64,000 bases of DNA, from positions 351 to 64,350 of the forward strand of contig JBAYFM010000009.1 of NCBI GenBank assembly GCA_041667185.1, given 5' to 3'. Source of the stretch: Patescibacteria group bacterium. Its GTDB lineage: Bacteria; Patescibacteriota; Patescibacteriia; SG8-24. The position numbers and the translations under genes were made by a program. Positions 47,218 to 57,492 of the stretch are shown piece after piece. How positions within the stretch are numbered: position 1 is the first letter of the stretch; the number at the start of each line of letters is the position of its first letter. Under the pieces are notes generated by a model that saw only the letters and a program-made list of their open reading frames with translations, did no database searches and had not been told where the DNA came from.

Positions 47218-48300
47218 GTGAACGACCAACGCAACCAGGCCGCCGAAAAGCGGCCGCTCGTAACCGGCAAGGAACTGCTGTTAGCCGCGTTATTCTTCCT
47301 CGTCATCGCCTGGCTCGCGAGCTGGAAGTTCGCGCTCATCATGATGGGCTCGCTCCTCATCCATGAATTCGGACACGGCTGGGCCATGAAACGCCTCGGC
47401 TGCGGTATCCGGGGATTCTACTTCGTGCCGCTCCTGGGACTCGCGGTCTCCCCGCTCAGGAAATGGGAATCGCGCCGGGACGAGACGATCATCGCGCTCA
47501 TGGGACCGGCCTGGGGCTTTGCCCTGGGACTCGCCTGTCTGGGCCTCTACTTCCTGACCAACGAACCGATCTTCGCCGGCGCAGCCATGTTCAACGGTTT
47601 CCTGAATCTCTTCAATCTGCTGCCGGTCAACCCGGTTGATGGCGGCCGGGCGGCGAAATCCATCGCCTACTCGATCTCGCCCAAGTTCGGACTCGCCGTG
47701 CTGGTGGCCGGACTCGGATTGACGGCCTGCCTCGGACTCTTCTTCTCTCCGATCGTCGTCGCTTTCATCGGCTTGGCCGGTTACTTCGACCTCAAGCAGG
47801 AGATCAGCGACCAACGCCAACAGCGCGACCGCGAACGGATCATCGCCGCCTTCGCCGAAAAGCTCGGCGTCGAACCGAAGGTGAACGTCGTAAGCGACGC
47901 TTTGCAGCAGATCTTCGACTGCATCAATGCCGGCCTCATAGACTGGAGCGAACTGCACGACGAAGGACTGCGCCAGCGCATGAAAAACTGCGGCCTCACC
48001 TCTGGCGACATGATGAAGCTCTTCTGGACGCGGATCGCCGTCGATGCCACCGAACCGCGCCGCTCGTTCAGATCCCGCGCCACTTCGGCGCAGGAACTTT
48101 GGGCCCTGACGGACGACGACGATTTCCGCCAGACGCCGCTCGGCAAGTTCCTCAAAACGAAACCGCTCCCGGTGATGACGCGCGATGAAGCGCTGAACGG
48201 CTTCGTGGCCTACGCCGCGCTCGCCGGCGGACTATTCTGGCTGTTCACCGCCGCCTCGCAGATCATGAACTTCACGGAACTTCTCAAAGCTCTCAGCTGA
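47218..48300 (+). CDS. Site-2 protease family (M50) zinc metallopeptidase
   Basis: HEFGH, LMGP, NLLPVNPVDGG; SD GGAGGT. Confidence 0.9.
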   Translation: MNDQRNQAAEKRPLVTGKELLLAALFFLVIAWLASWKFALIMMGSLLIHEFGHGWAMKRLGCGIRGFYFVPLLGLAVSPLRKWESRRDETIIALMGPAWGFALGLACLGLYFLTNEPIFAGAAMFNGFLNLFNLLPVNPVDGGRAAKSIAYSISPKFGLAVLVAGLGLTACLGLFFSPIVVAFIGLAGYFDLKQEISDQRQQRDRERIIAAFAEKLGVEPKVNVVSDALQQIFDCINAGLIDWSELHDEGLRQRMKNCGLTSGDMMKLFWTRIAVDATEPRRSFRSRATSAQELWALTDDDDFRQTPLGKFLKTKPLPVMTRDEALNGFVAYAALAGGLFWLFTAASQIMNFTELLKALS

Positions 48301-48359
48301 TCCTTCTGATTCTTGCCGCGCCCCGTTCATCGGGACGCGGTTTTTTTCGCCACTTTAAC

Positions 48360-48550
48360 AGGGAGTGACGGAGAGACGGAGATACGGGAGAGACGGAGAG
48401 ACGGAGAAACGAAGTCATTTGAAATATATTTTTAACCTCGTAACTTCGTCTCTCCGTCTCTTCCTGACTCCCCAACTTCAGCACTCCAGAACTCCAGAAC
48501 TCCAGAACTCCAGCACTCTCAACTAAGCCTCCCCCACTCCCCAACTCTCA
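48360..48550. repeat. Octamer inverted array
   Basis: GACGGAGA repeats then CTCCAGAA repeats. Confidence 0.85.
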
Positions 48551-48574
48551 AAACAAAGGCTATAATGTCCCCAT

Positions 48575-49198
48575 ATGAATGAAGACCTTAAGCAGTTCAT
48601 CAAATCCGCCCTGACGGAAAAGATCCCCAGGCCGGACATTAAAAAAGCCCTCTCCCAGGCCGGCTGGGCGGAAGAGGAGATCGTCTCGGCCATCGGAGCC
48701 TTTGCCGAGATCGACTTCCCGATCCCGGTGCCGCGCCAACGCCCCTACCTGTCGGCGCGCGAGGCGTTCATTTACCTGCTCCTGTTCGCCTGTCTCTATT
48801 GGAGCGCCTGGAGCTTCGGTACGCTGCTCTTCGATTTCATCAATCATTGGATCCCGGATAAGCTGTCGCAGTATTATCAGCTCGACATCTTCGGCGTGCG
48901 CACCTCGATCGCCTCGCTCATCGTCGCTTTCCCGATCTACTTCTGGCTGACGACGCTCACGATCAGATGGATCAGCCGCGATCCGGAAAAGAAGAGCTCC
49001 AAAGTCCGCAAGTGGCTGACCTACCTCACGCTCTTCGTGGCGGCCAGCATCATCATCGGCGACCTCATCACGCTCATCTATAACCTGCTCGCGGGCGAAC
49101 TGACGCTGCGGTTCATCCTCAAAGTTCTGGCCGTAATGCTCATCGCCGGCCTGATCTTCGGCTACTACCTATGGGATCTGAGAAAGGAAGAGAAATAA
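48575..49198 (+). CDS. DUF5671 family membrane protein
   Basis: IASLIVAFPIY, VRKWLTYLTLF, GELTLRFILK, YYLWDLR. Confidence 0.85.
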   Translation: MNEDLKQFIKSALTEKIPRPDIKKALSQAGWAEEEIVSAIGAFAEIDFPIPVPRQRPYLSAREAFIYLLLFACLYWSAWSFGTLLFDFINHWIPDKLSQYYQLDIFGVRTSIASLIVAFPIYFWLTTLTIRWISRDPEKKSSKVRKWLTYLTLFVAASIIIGDLITLIYNLLAGELTLRFILKVLAVMLIAGLIFGYYLWDLRKEEK

Positions 49199-49200
49199 AT

Positions 49201-50085
49201 ATGTTGCGCATCAATGGTCTCCGGATCTTCGCCGGCTTCGTCATCACGCTCGTCATCGCGGCCATCGCCGGCGGCCTGTACCTTTCCGGTTCGCCGAACG
49301 CGGAGCGCAGCCGCCAGTTCGATTCGCAACGCCTGGCCGAAGTGCAGCAGATCGCGGCCGCGGTGGATTCTTTCTACGCCCGCAACAACCGGCTGCCGGC
49401 CGACCTGAAAGTCCTCATGCAGGCCGCGGGAACCGAAAGCTACCTGGTCGGTTCGCTCGAGGATCCGCAGACGAAAGAACCCTACGGCTACGAACCTCAG
49501 GGCGATTCCAACTACCTGCTCTGCGCCATTTTTGATCTGGCCAGCGAAACAGCAGACCAACAGGAATTGAAACAGCCGATGCCGGTGCGAGAACCACTGC
49601 CGCCGGCCGCGACCGCCCCGCTCGTGACCGAGCCTTTGACACGCGGCCGCCTGCGGACCTGGGAGCATCCGTCCGGACATTTCTGCTTCGAACTGAACGC
49701 CACGGACACCATCGGCAGCGTCCAGTGCGGTCTGCGTAATCCCTGCGCCGCCGGCCAGACTTGCGCCACGCTGCCGGACAACAAAGGCACGCTCTGCGTC
49801 CCTCAGGGACACGAATGCGAGGCTGCCGGCTGCCCCGGACAATGTCTCCTCGCCGAGAGCTATCCGGTCCAGGTCACCTGCGCCCAGCCTAAAGGCGCCG
49901 CCAGCAGCTGCGTGCTGATGCGCCAGATCAAGACCGGCGAGGTCGACTGCTACGGCTGCGCCCAGGGCGCCTGCACAAGCCGCCCGGCGGACTGGGAAGA
50001 TTTTGCCGCTCCGGCCCAGGCGGGATACGTCGGCATTCCCTACTCCTGCCAATCGACCGCGAAAGGCTGCCAGCTGGTCCAGTAG
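49201..50085 (+). CDS. Exported pilin/GspG-like protein with Cys-rich C-terminal domains
   Basis: TM, GSP..R...D..R, DPQTKEPYGY, YLLCAIF; many Cys in the tail. Confidence 0.65.
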   Translation: MLRINGLRIFAGFVITLVIAAIAGGLYLSGSPNAERSRQFDSQRLAEVQQIAAAVDSFYARNNRLPADLKVLMQAAGTESYLVGSLEDPQTKEPYGYEPQGDSNYLLCAIFDLASETADQQELKQPMPVREPLPPAATAPLVTEPLTRGRLRTWEHPSGHFCFELNATDTIGSVQCGLRNPCAAGQTCATLPDNKGTLCVPQGHECEAAGCPGQCLLAESYPVQVTCAQPKGAASSCVLMRQIKTGEVDCYGCAQGACTSRPADWEDFAAPAQAGYVGIPYSCQSTAKGCQLVQ

Positions 50086-50149
50086 CTGTCGGCATCAGCC
50101 AACGTCTAAAAAGCCGCCGGGCGAACTCGGCGGTTTTTTGATTCGAGGG

Positions 50150-50282
50150 TGGGGGTGAAGAAGTGCTGAAGTACTGGAGTTCTAAAGTGCGGAAGTTAAA
50201 AAATATCGATTGACTCCGCCACGTCGCTCGCGAGCGACGTGGCTCCGTCTCTCCAGCACTCCCGCACTCCTGCACTCCCTAA
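50150..50282. repeat. Octamer array with 24-bp palindrome at 50219-50242
   Basis: CTCCG-CCACGTCGCTCGCGAGCGACGTGG-CTCCG. Confidence 0.88.
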
Positions 50283-50360
50283 CCCCATTGACTCCATCCG
50301 CCAGCGCTGGCAAGCTGTCTTGAAGTCCTTTTCCAACCACCACCGACCAAGGAGCTGCCG

Positions 50361-51035
50361 ATGAAGGGTTATCGCAGCGTCTTCTCTTTCCGCTACGGTA
50401 TCTTCGACATGGACGGCACGCTGATTGACAGCATGCAGCCGTGCCTCAAGATCTTCGCCGACCTCGTGGCCAGCTACGGCCTCGACGAAGCGGCCGCCCG
50501 GGATTCATTCGCGGCCGCGACCAGCGCCAAACTCACGGATATCTTCCGTCAGACGATCAACGCGGCCGGCGACAACCCGACCGACAAGGAAATCGCCAGC
50601 CTCTTCCTCGAATTCGAGCGGCGCATCCGCCTCGTGCCGATCGACTATCTCGCCGGCGCGAAAAGGCTCCTGCGCGCGCTCGCCGGCAAAGGCGTCACGA
50701 TCTTCGTCTCCAGCGGCTCGCCGGATGAGACAGTCAGCCGCCGCCTCGGCTCCGAACTCGCCCGCGGCCGCTTCAAGCTGACGCTCGGCTCGACAGCCAT
50801 TCCGAAAGGACCGCTGCATATCCAGGCCTTCGCGGACGCCGCCGGCGTCTGCATCACCGAGTTCGCGCGCGACTGCTTCTACTGCGGCGATTCGGAGATG
50901 GACATGCTCATCGGCCACCGCTTCGACCTGTACACCGTGGGCGTCCTCGGCACGATCACCGCCGAACGTCTGCGCGCCGCCGGAGCCAGGCGCGTCATCC
51001 CAGGCATCGACGCCCTGCTCGCCGATCCGCGCTGA
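50361..51035 (+). CDS. HAD-superfamily hydrolase
   Basis: FDMDGTLIDS, VSSG, K, CGDSEMD. Confidence 0.9.
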   Translation: MKGYRSVFSFRYGIFDMDGTLIDSMQPCLKIFADLVASYGLDEAAARDSFAAATSAKLTDIFRQTINAAGDNPTDKEIASLFLEFERRIRLVPIDYLAGAKRLLRALAGKGVTIFVSSGSPDETVSRRLGSELARGRFKLTLGSTAIPKGPLHIQAFADAAGVCITEFARDCFYCGDSEMDMLIGHRFDLYTVGVLGTITAERLRAAGARRVIPGIDALLADPR

Positions 51036-51178
51036 CCCCCAACTTTGGGGGTCTTTTTTTAGCCGCTCGGACCCGACACGACTGGCCGGCTGTCTGAGCT
51101 TGACGCCGGCTGACGCAGCCGCTAAGGTCGCTTCAAGTGGGCCTTTCTGTGTCTGAACAGCTAACGTGGAGGTGGCTC

Positions 51179-52435
51179 ATGTCACGCTCTTTGACAACCA
51201 AAACCCTGCTTGTTCTGCTCGCTACCAGCGGCATCTACACCGGCGGATTCCTCCTGGGACGCCGCACAGCCGAGACAGTCGAAACTGTCCCGCCAGTCAG
51301 CCAGATCGAATCCCTCCCGCCGGAACCAGCCTCGCTCAACGGGATGTGCAGCGAATCTCCAGACAAGGTTGCAGGCGTGGATTTCGAAACCTACCGGCAG
51401 GTTTGGATGATGATCAGGAGCCAGTACTTCGATTCGAGCTCGGTCTCGGATTCCAAACTCTTCTACGGCTCGCTCGCTGGCATGGTCGCCGCGCTCGATG
51501 ACCCGCATTCGCGATTCTTCGACCCGACCGAAGCCAAGCAATTCGAAGAAGCCAAGTCCGGAAAATTCTGCGGCATCGGCGCGGTCCTCGAAGACAAGCA
51601 AGAGACCCTGACCATCATCCGGATCATGCCGGGCTCGCCGGCGGAACGCGCCGGGCTCAAGGCCGGAGACCAGATCCTGACGATTGACGGACAGCCGACG
51701 AAGGACAAAAAGATCGACGAATGCGTCACGAAGATCCGCGGGGCCAAGAAGACCAAGGTCAAACTGCTCGTGAACCGCCCGGGCCTGCCCCAACCGCAGG
51801 AATTCATGATCACGCGCGACGAAGTCACGATCGAATCCGTCAAATGGAAAATGATCGAACGCGGCGGAAAGCATCTCGCCGTGATCCAGATCGCCGAATT
51901 CCAGAGAAACACCGACGAGCAGTTCGACGAGGCCGTGGCGGCGATCATCAAAGCCAAAGCCGACGGACTGGTCCTCGACCTGCGCGACAACCCCGGCGGC
52001 TATCTCCACATCGCTATCGACATCGCCGGTGAATGGATCGGCAGCGGCGTAGTGGTTCAGCAAAAATATCGCGACGGCACCATCGAAAAAAGCGGCGTGC
52101 AACACAAAGCCCGTCTCGCCGCGATGCCGACCATCGTGCTACTGAACAAGAACTCAGCCTCCGCTTCGGAGGTGCTCACCGGCGCCCTGAAAGACAACGA
52201 CAAGATCAGGATCGTCGGCGAAAAGAGCTATGGCAAAGGCTGCGTCCAGACCGGATACGACCTGCCGGACGGCTCCTACGTGAAGCTCACGATCAGTCTC
52301 TGGCTCACGCCATCGGGAAACATGATCCATAAAGTGGGCATCGAACCCGACGTCGCGGTACCGCTCACCGAAGACGACGCGAAAAATGAACGCGACCCAC
52401 AGCTCGACAAGGCGCTCGAACTCCTCGCCAAGTGA
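51179..52435 (+). CDS. ctpA: S41A C-terminal processing peptidase
   Basis: LDDPHS, PDZ, DLRDNPGG, SASASE, GEKSYGKG. Confidence 0.92.
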   Translation: MSRSLTTKTLLVLLATSGIYTGGFLLGRRTAETVETVPPVSQIESLPPEPASLNGMCSESPDKVAGVDFETYRQVWMMIRSQYFDSSSVSDSKLFYGSLAGMVAALDDPHSRFFDPTEAKQFEEAKSGKFCGIGAVLEDKQETLTIIRIMPGSPAERAGLKAGDQILTIDGQPTKDKKIDECVTKIRGAKKTKVKLLVNRPGLPQPQEFMITRDEVTIESVKWKMIERGGKHLAVIQIAEFQRNTDEQFDEAVAAIIKAKADGLVLDLRDNPGGYLHIAIDIAGEWIGSGVVVQQKYRDGTIEKSGVQHKARLAAMPTIVLLNKNSASASEVLTGALKDNDKIRIVGEKSYGKGCVQTGYDLPDGSYVKLTISLWLTPSGNMIHKVGIEPDVAVPLTEDDAKNERDPQLDKALELLAK

Positions 52436-52599
52436 GTCGACCGCCTCTCGACCGCGACCCGCCGGAACTTTCCGGCGGGTCTTTTTATTTCCAGCATCAG
52501 GCGCAAAAAGTCCCGACCAACCCCGATTGACTCGTCGTTCCGGTTCTGATTAAGTTCGCTATACGTATGTCAGTCAAAGGCTGAAGACAGGAGTCTGAC

Positions 52600-53763
52600 A
52601 TGAGACGTTCTTTCATAGCATTGGCGATTGGGGTTCTGCCCGTCACCACCTTCATCCTCGGCCTGGTCATCGGCCGAGGCAACCAGAGACCGCCTGCGCG
52701 GCAATTCAGCGAGGTCTGGAACTACATCGAGGATAACTACGCCGCCGGACCGCTGGACCAGGACAAGATGCTCCGTAGCGCCCTTACCGGACTCATCGGC
52801 TCGCTGCACCGCCAGGACGACACGTTCTCGGCTTACTACGATCCCGAGACGGTGCGGCAGATGGAGCGGGCGGAAAAAGACTCGACCTCCGACCTGGGCA
52901 CCATTACTGATCTCCGGACCGACCCGCCGACCATTGTCGGGCTCATACCCAATTCGCCGGCGGAAAAAGCCGGGGTCTTCCCCGGCGACCGGCTGTTGGC
53001 CATCAACGGCCGCAGCGCTTCGGGACTCACCCGCCAAGGCCTGGTTACCCTGCGGAGCACGCGGCTCGCCGGCAAGACGATCCGCCTGCTCATCGGACGT
53101 GAAGGAGCCGCTGAACCGCTGCAGTTCGACATCGATGCTGTCCCGGCGGCTTACGACCTGGTCAGTCTGCGGCTGGTCCAAGCGAACGGTCGTCGTCTGG
53201 CGATCATCCGGATCGCCGACTTAACCGGGGATGCTGCCGCCAGATTCGACCAAGCGGCAGACGACGCGCTGAAAGCCGGGATCGAAGGCCTGATCATCGA
53301 CCTCCGAGGCAATCCCGGCGGCACCGTCGACAACGTCTGCCACATCGTCAGTGCCTGGATCGGCTCGAATAGCTGCATGATGATCACCTATGCGCACGAC
53401 AACGCGAAATTCGCCTCACGATTGACCGAATACTCGCCGCTGGCCAGCAAACCGACGATCGTGCTCGTCGACGGCGGATCAGCCTCGGCGGCAGAGGTCA
53501 TGGCCGGCGCCTTGCAGGACTATGGCCTAGCCCAAGTGGTCGGAACGCAGACCTTCGGAAAAGGCGTCGGCCAAGTTGACCTCCAACTGAGCGACGGTTC
53601 CGTCATCAGTCTGGTGACCACGCGCTGGTTCACGCCCAAAAAATTCCGCTCGGTCCACAATGTCGGCCTGACGCCGGACGTGATCGTGCCTCGGACGACG
53701 GCGGACTTCCAGATGAACCGCGACCCGCAACTCGACAAGGCGCTCGAACTCCTCGCCAAGTGA
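52600..53763 (+). CDS. ctpA: S41A C-terminal processing peptidase, second paralog
   Basis: DLRGNPGG, SASAAE, GTQTFGKG, RDPQLDKALELLAK. Confidence 0.9.
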   Translation: MRRSFIALAIGVLPVTTFILGLVIGRGNQRPPARQFSEVWNYIEDNYAAGPLDQDKMLRSALTGLIGSLHRQDDTFSAYYDPETVRQMERAEKDSTSDLGTITDLRTDPPTIVGLIPNSPAEKAGVFPGDRLLAINGRSASGLTRQGLVTLRSTRLAGKTIRLLIGREGAAEPLQFDIDAVPAAYDLVSLRLVQANGRRLAIIRIADLTGDAAARFDQAADDALKAGIEGLIIDLRGNPGGTVDNVCHIVSAWIGSNSCMMITYAHDNAKFASRLTEYSPLASKPTIVLVDGGSASAAEVMAGALQDYGLAQVVGTQTFGKGVGQVDLQLSDGSVISLVTTRWFTPKKFRSVHNVGLTPDVIVPRTTADFQMNRDPQLDKALELLAK

Positions 53764-53834
53764 GGATCTCGCCATGCCTCTCGACCGCAACCCGCCGGAA
53801 CTTTCCGACGGGTCTTTTTTATCGCGGCCTCTCC

Positions 53835-53934
53835 GGTGCCTGTCCCCTTGGTGTCAGGCACCGCGGGCTGCAGCATCTTTTTTAAGCTCATTTGATGGCG
53901 CAACGGTGTCAGGCACCTCAGGTGCCTGACACCG
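53835..53934. repeat. Cluster of GGTGTCAGGCACC-family repeats including a perfect hairpin
   Basis: CGGTGTCAGGCACC-TCA-GGTGCCTGACACCG at 53904-53934; further copies at 53835 and 53850. Confidence 0.85.
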
Positions 53935-53991
53935 AAGGAAACGATTCATAAAATCCCAGGCTAGCGTCCAAAGGTCGCGCTTGGCGGCAAG

Positions 53992-54115
53992 CGGCCTATC
54001 CCCCTCTGCCTGCGGCTTCCCCCTTCGCTAAAGCTGCGGGGAACAGGTCGGGGGATTCACGAGTCATAAAACCCCGAGCTGACACTCGGGGTTACACTTT
54101 GGTGGTGAAAAAAAT
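53992..54115. repeat. Composite intergenic element, copy B
   Basis: GCCTATCCCCCT...CGCTAAAGCTGCGGGG...TCGGGGGATTC...CCCCGAGCTGACACTCGGGG...GGTGGTGAAAAAAA. Confidence 0.75.
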
Positions 54116-54155
54116 CGCCAGCACTAGGCTGGCGAATAGAGATGCGCGGGCTTGA

Positions 54156-54482
54156 TCAGCCCTTCGGTTTGACCGACCGTTCGCGGGAGACTTCGTCGCC
54201 GTCCCCGTCCTTGCCTTTCACCTTCACACTGATCTTCTCGATCTGGTTCGGACTCGTCCCGTTTTTGGCGTCGTCGATCTTCTTCTCGGCGGCATCGAGC
54301 TGCTTCTGCACGCCGCCGGACTTGTTGTCGTCGAGCGCCTTCTTGACCTCTTTCTCGACGTTGGCCTTGACCTTCTCGGCAACTTGCCGATGAGCGGGAT
54401 CCTTCGGGTCCTTCGGCTTCACGCTCACATGGACCTCTTCCTTCTCCAGCGGCTTCGGGGCGTCTTTCTTCTCGTCAACCAT
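54156..54482 (-). CDS. Highly charged hypothetical protein
   Basis: Lys/Glu/Asp-rich ORF with GC3-biased codons and downstream terminator. Confidence 0.65.
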   Translation of the reverse strand: MVDEKKDAPKPLEKEEVHVSVKPKDPKDPAHRQVAEKVKANVEKEVKKALDDNKSGGVQKQLDAAEKKIDDAKNGTSPNQIEKISVKVKGKDGDGDEVSRERSVKPKG

Positions 54483-54654
54483 GACTGCATCCTCGCCGCT
54501 CCAGGCGGCCTTAGGGGTCAAAACACAGCCCTACTTTGGAATATTTGACCGTCATTGTCAATATCCGGACCCCACTCGCAGAACCCGATCCGGAAGATCA
54601 AGAAAATCAAAACGCGGCCCGGATCTTCTGCCGGACCGCGTCTGCGCCTGCTAC

Positions 54655-55962
54655 TTATTTCTTCTCCGTCAGCTTGACCTCGACGACCTTCTCTTCGCCT
54701 TTATGCAGGATCTTCAGCTTCACTGTGTCGCCGGCGGCAAGCTTGGTCACCGCGAGCTGCAGCGGATAATCGGCGGTCAGCTCTTTGCCGTTAATCTCCA
54801 GGATGATGTCGTTCTCGACGATGCCGGCGAGATCGGCCGGCGAACCCGGCATGACCGCGAGGTCGGTCTGCGCCTGGCCGCGGACGACGAGCGCGCCGTG
54901 ATCGACCGATAGCTGATTGGCAGCTTGCAGCTCTTTCGAGATCATGACGAAGCGCACGCCCAGGAACGGCCGGACAATCTTGCCAGTGGCGCGCAGACTC
55001 GAAACAACAGTCTTCACGTCATTGATCGGCAACGAGAAACTGATGTTCTGCGAGCCCTGGACGATGGCTACGTTGACGCCGATGACCTCGCTCTTCAGAT
55101 TCAGGAGCGGCCCGCCGGAGTTGCCCGGATTGATGGCCGCGTCCGACTGAATGACGTCGAAAAGTCCTTGCGAGCCGCCCAAACCGTCGTTCGCGGTGAG
55201 CGAGCGCTGCAATCCGGAAATGATGCCGAAAGAGACGCTGTTGCTGAAACGCCCCAGCGCGTAACCGATGGCGATGACGCTCTGCCCGACCTGTAGCTTG
55301 TCCGAATCCCCGAGCGCGACGAAAGGAAAATCCATCCCCTCGATCTTCAGGACTGCGATGTCGCTGACCGCGTCGCGGCCGAGCACCTTGGCTTCGAACT
55401 TGCGCTGGTCCTGCAGCACGACCGTGTAGGAAGCCTTCTCGTCGGCGACGACGTGCCGGTTGGTGACGATATAGCCGTCAGCCGAGATCAGGAAACCAGA
55501 ACCGGCGCCGATCTCCTGCTTCGCCGTGCCGTTCTGACGGTATTGCGGAACGTTGAACTGCAAACCCGGCATGTCGCCGAAGAACTGCTGAAAGAGATCG
55601 TCGTTCTCCTGCGGCGCCAGATATTGTTCATAGACCGGCATATCCTTGGAGACGACGATCGAGACCACGGCTGGCGAAGATTTTTTCACGACCTCGATGG
55701 CGGCCTGTTCGCTGGTGGTCTGTTTCAGCCGGCCGCGCAACTGCGGCAAAGAATATCTCTCCGCGCCGGATTGAAACTGGCCAGCCGCCGGATCAATGAC
55801 CTGGCGCACGGCGGCCGGCAGCATTTGGAATAATCCGCCGGTCAGGCGGCCGCTCGAAGCGACGAGACCGGCGGCAAAGCCGAACAAGGTGGCTACGGCC
55901 GCGGTCAGGATGATATTGACGATGAAGAACCGGTTGGACGACAACGTCTGTTTGCTGGGCAT
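54655..55962 (-). CDS. htrA: HtrA/DegP-family serine protease with one PDZ domain
   Basis: GSGF, TNRHVV, DIAVLK, DAAINPGNSGGPL. Confidence 0.93.
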   Translation of the reverse strand: MPSKQTLSSNRFFIVNIILTAAVATLFGFAAGLVASSGRLTGGLFQMLPAAVRQVIDPAAGQFQSGAERYSLPQLRGRLKQTTSEQAAIEVVKKSSPAVVSIVVSKDMPVYEQYLAPQENDDLFQQFFGDMPGLQFNVPQYRQNGTAKQEIGAGSGFLISADGYIVTNRHVVADEKASYTVVLQDQRKFEAKVLGRDAVSDIAVLKIEGMDFPFVALGDSDKLQVGQSVIAIGYALGRFSNSVSFGIISGLQRSLTANDGLGGSQGLFDVIQSDAAINPGNSGGPLLNLKSEVIGVNVAIVQGSQNISFSLPINDVKTVVSSLRATGKIVRPFLGVRFVMISKELQAANQLSVDHGALVVRGQAQTDLAVMPGSPADLAGIVENDIILEINGKELTADYPLQLAVTKLAAGDTVKLKILHKGEEKVVEVKLTEKK

Positions 55963-56066
55963 AGCTTAAAAAAGCTTATGGTTTGTTGAATTCACCGCGC
56001 ACAGCGGCGGCGAAAATATTATAACACGACGCGAGCCAGCGGCCGCAAGAGCGGCTATGGCTCGGA

Positions 56067-56636
56067 TCAGTGATCCAAGCCGGCGCGCGCCAGCACCCCG
56101 TTCGCGTGATAATGCTTGAGGCAGCGGACCTCGCTCACAAGATCAGCCAGCCGGATGATCGACGTCGGGCAACCGCGGCCGGTGAGCACCAGTTCGGTCG
56201 CGGCTAATTTGGCGGCCAGCAGTTCCAGTACGTCGCTTTCCCGCAACAATCCGAACGGCACGCAGGTCAGGGCTTCATCGAGAATAACCAGGTCGTATTT
56301 TTTACCAGCTAATAGCTCTTGTGCCAGTCGCAGACCGCGCTCAGCCTCGGCTACGTCCTCCGGCGTGACACCGAAACGGAACGTCTTGGCCGCCGGATCG
56401 AAACGCTTGAGTCCGGTGGCGAAAAGATCGATCTCGCCCGGGAAGCGCTCGGCGATGACCCGGCGCTCGGAATAATGATCGCCGCCCTTGTCGAAACTTA
56501 TCATAGCGACCCTGAAACCAGCGCCGACCGCGCGGACCGCGAGTCCGAGAGCAGCGGTCGTCTTGCCCTTGCCGTCGCCGGTATAGACCTGGATGAGGCC
56601 GCGACCGCGGCCAGATTTCTTGTCAGCTGTTTTCAT
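56067..56636 (-). CDS. btuR: Cob(I)alamin adenosyltransferase (BtuR/CobO)
   Basis: YTGDGKGKTTAALGLA, DLVILDE, ELVLTGR, ADLVSE. Confidence 0.92.
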   Translation of the reverse strand: MKTADKKSGRGRGLIQVYTGDGKGKTTAALGLAVRAVGAGFRVAMISFDKGGDHYSERRVIAERFPGEIDLFATGLKRFDPAAKTFRFGVTPEDVAEAERGLRLAQELLAGKKYDLVILDEALTCVPFGLLRESDVLELLAAKLAATELVLTGRGCPTSIIRLADLVSEVRCLKHYHANGVLARAGLDH

Positions 56637-56778
56637 AAGATGACTGGCTTCAACGCAATTTTATCCGGATATTTTACCACAAAGAACCGTTAAAAAAGCC
56701 CGGCTTCCTTATCGGGAAAGCCGGACGAGACGAAGCGTTGAATTTTCGCGAAAGGACGGCTGATCGTTTCGGGCGAAC

Positions 56779-57492
56779 CTACAGCACCCGGCGCGACGCG
56801 GTGCCGCAGCCCGGACAGTTGCGGAAGAAAGCATGGTCCGCATCGAGCGTCGCTGTGACATCGCAATCGAGCAGAAGGATCGCTGTAAAATCGCGCTTGT
56901 CACTGCAGACCGACCCGGCCAGATCCACGCCATTTCGGCCCATCTCGTAGATGATCTCGACAAAGGCGTGTTGGAGATAGGCGCAGACGCCCTGAAGCGC
57001 CGTGAGGCCCAGCTCATCCTCCTGGAATGACTCGCGGCACTCGGAAACAAGACGGCCGCGATTCTGACGACCATCCCGGACGCGGATCCAGGTCGGATTC
57101 GCGAACTCGACGTAACGCGCGTCGAAAGCGGCACAAGTCGCATCGCTGCCGCTGAACACGACGCCCGCGCGATCGCAGAGCTTCCGCAGGCCGAGACGCG
57201 GCTCGACCAGGACGATCCACGGGAAGTCCTTGTCTACCTTGAGAAGAGCCGGCGGAATATCGGGAATGCTGGCGAGGTAAGCCTCGAAGTCGCGATAGCC
57301 GAGCTCGCGCCCGACGCCGCGGTCCCAAAACCGCTTGACCTGGATCCGGCGCAAGCCGCCGGACTGGTCCGCGACGCCGCCGGAAGTGAGCCGGCGGATG
57401 AACTCCTGGACCTCGTTGCCGATCCCGTGCCCGGCGTTGTCGATCTCGATGAGCTGTCGGATCTGCCCTGTGGAAAGGTGCTGCTGTGCCAT
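56779..57492 (-). CDS. Hypothetical protein, possibly DUF5701-like
   Basis: SD GGAGG; DGRQNRG, GLTALQG, DLAGS, C-terminal GTASR. Confidence 0.55.
   Translation of the reverse strand: MAQQHLSTGQIRQLIEIDNAGHGIGNEVQEFIRRLTSGGVADQSGGLRRIQVKRFWDRGVGRELGYRDFEAYLASIPDIPPALLKVDKDFPWIVLVEPRLGLRKLCDRAGVVFSGSDATCAAFDARYVEFANPTWIRVRDGRQNRGRLVSECRESFQEDELGLTALQGVCAYLQHAFVEIIYEMGRNGVDLAGSVCSDKRDFTAILLLDCDVTATLDADHAFFRNCPGCGTASRRVL

Noticed and set aside
56779-57492. Diversity-generating retroelement target
   Set aside because: No template repeat differing at adenines and no reverse transcriptase in the window
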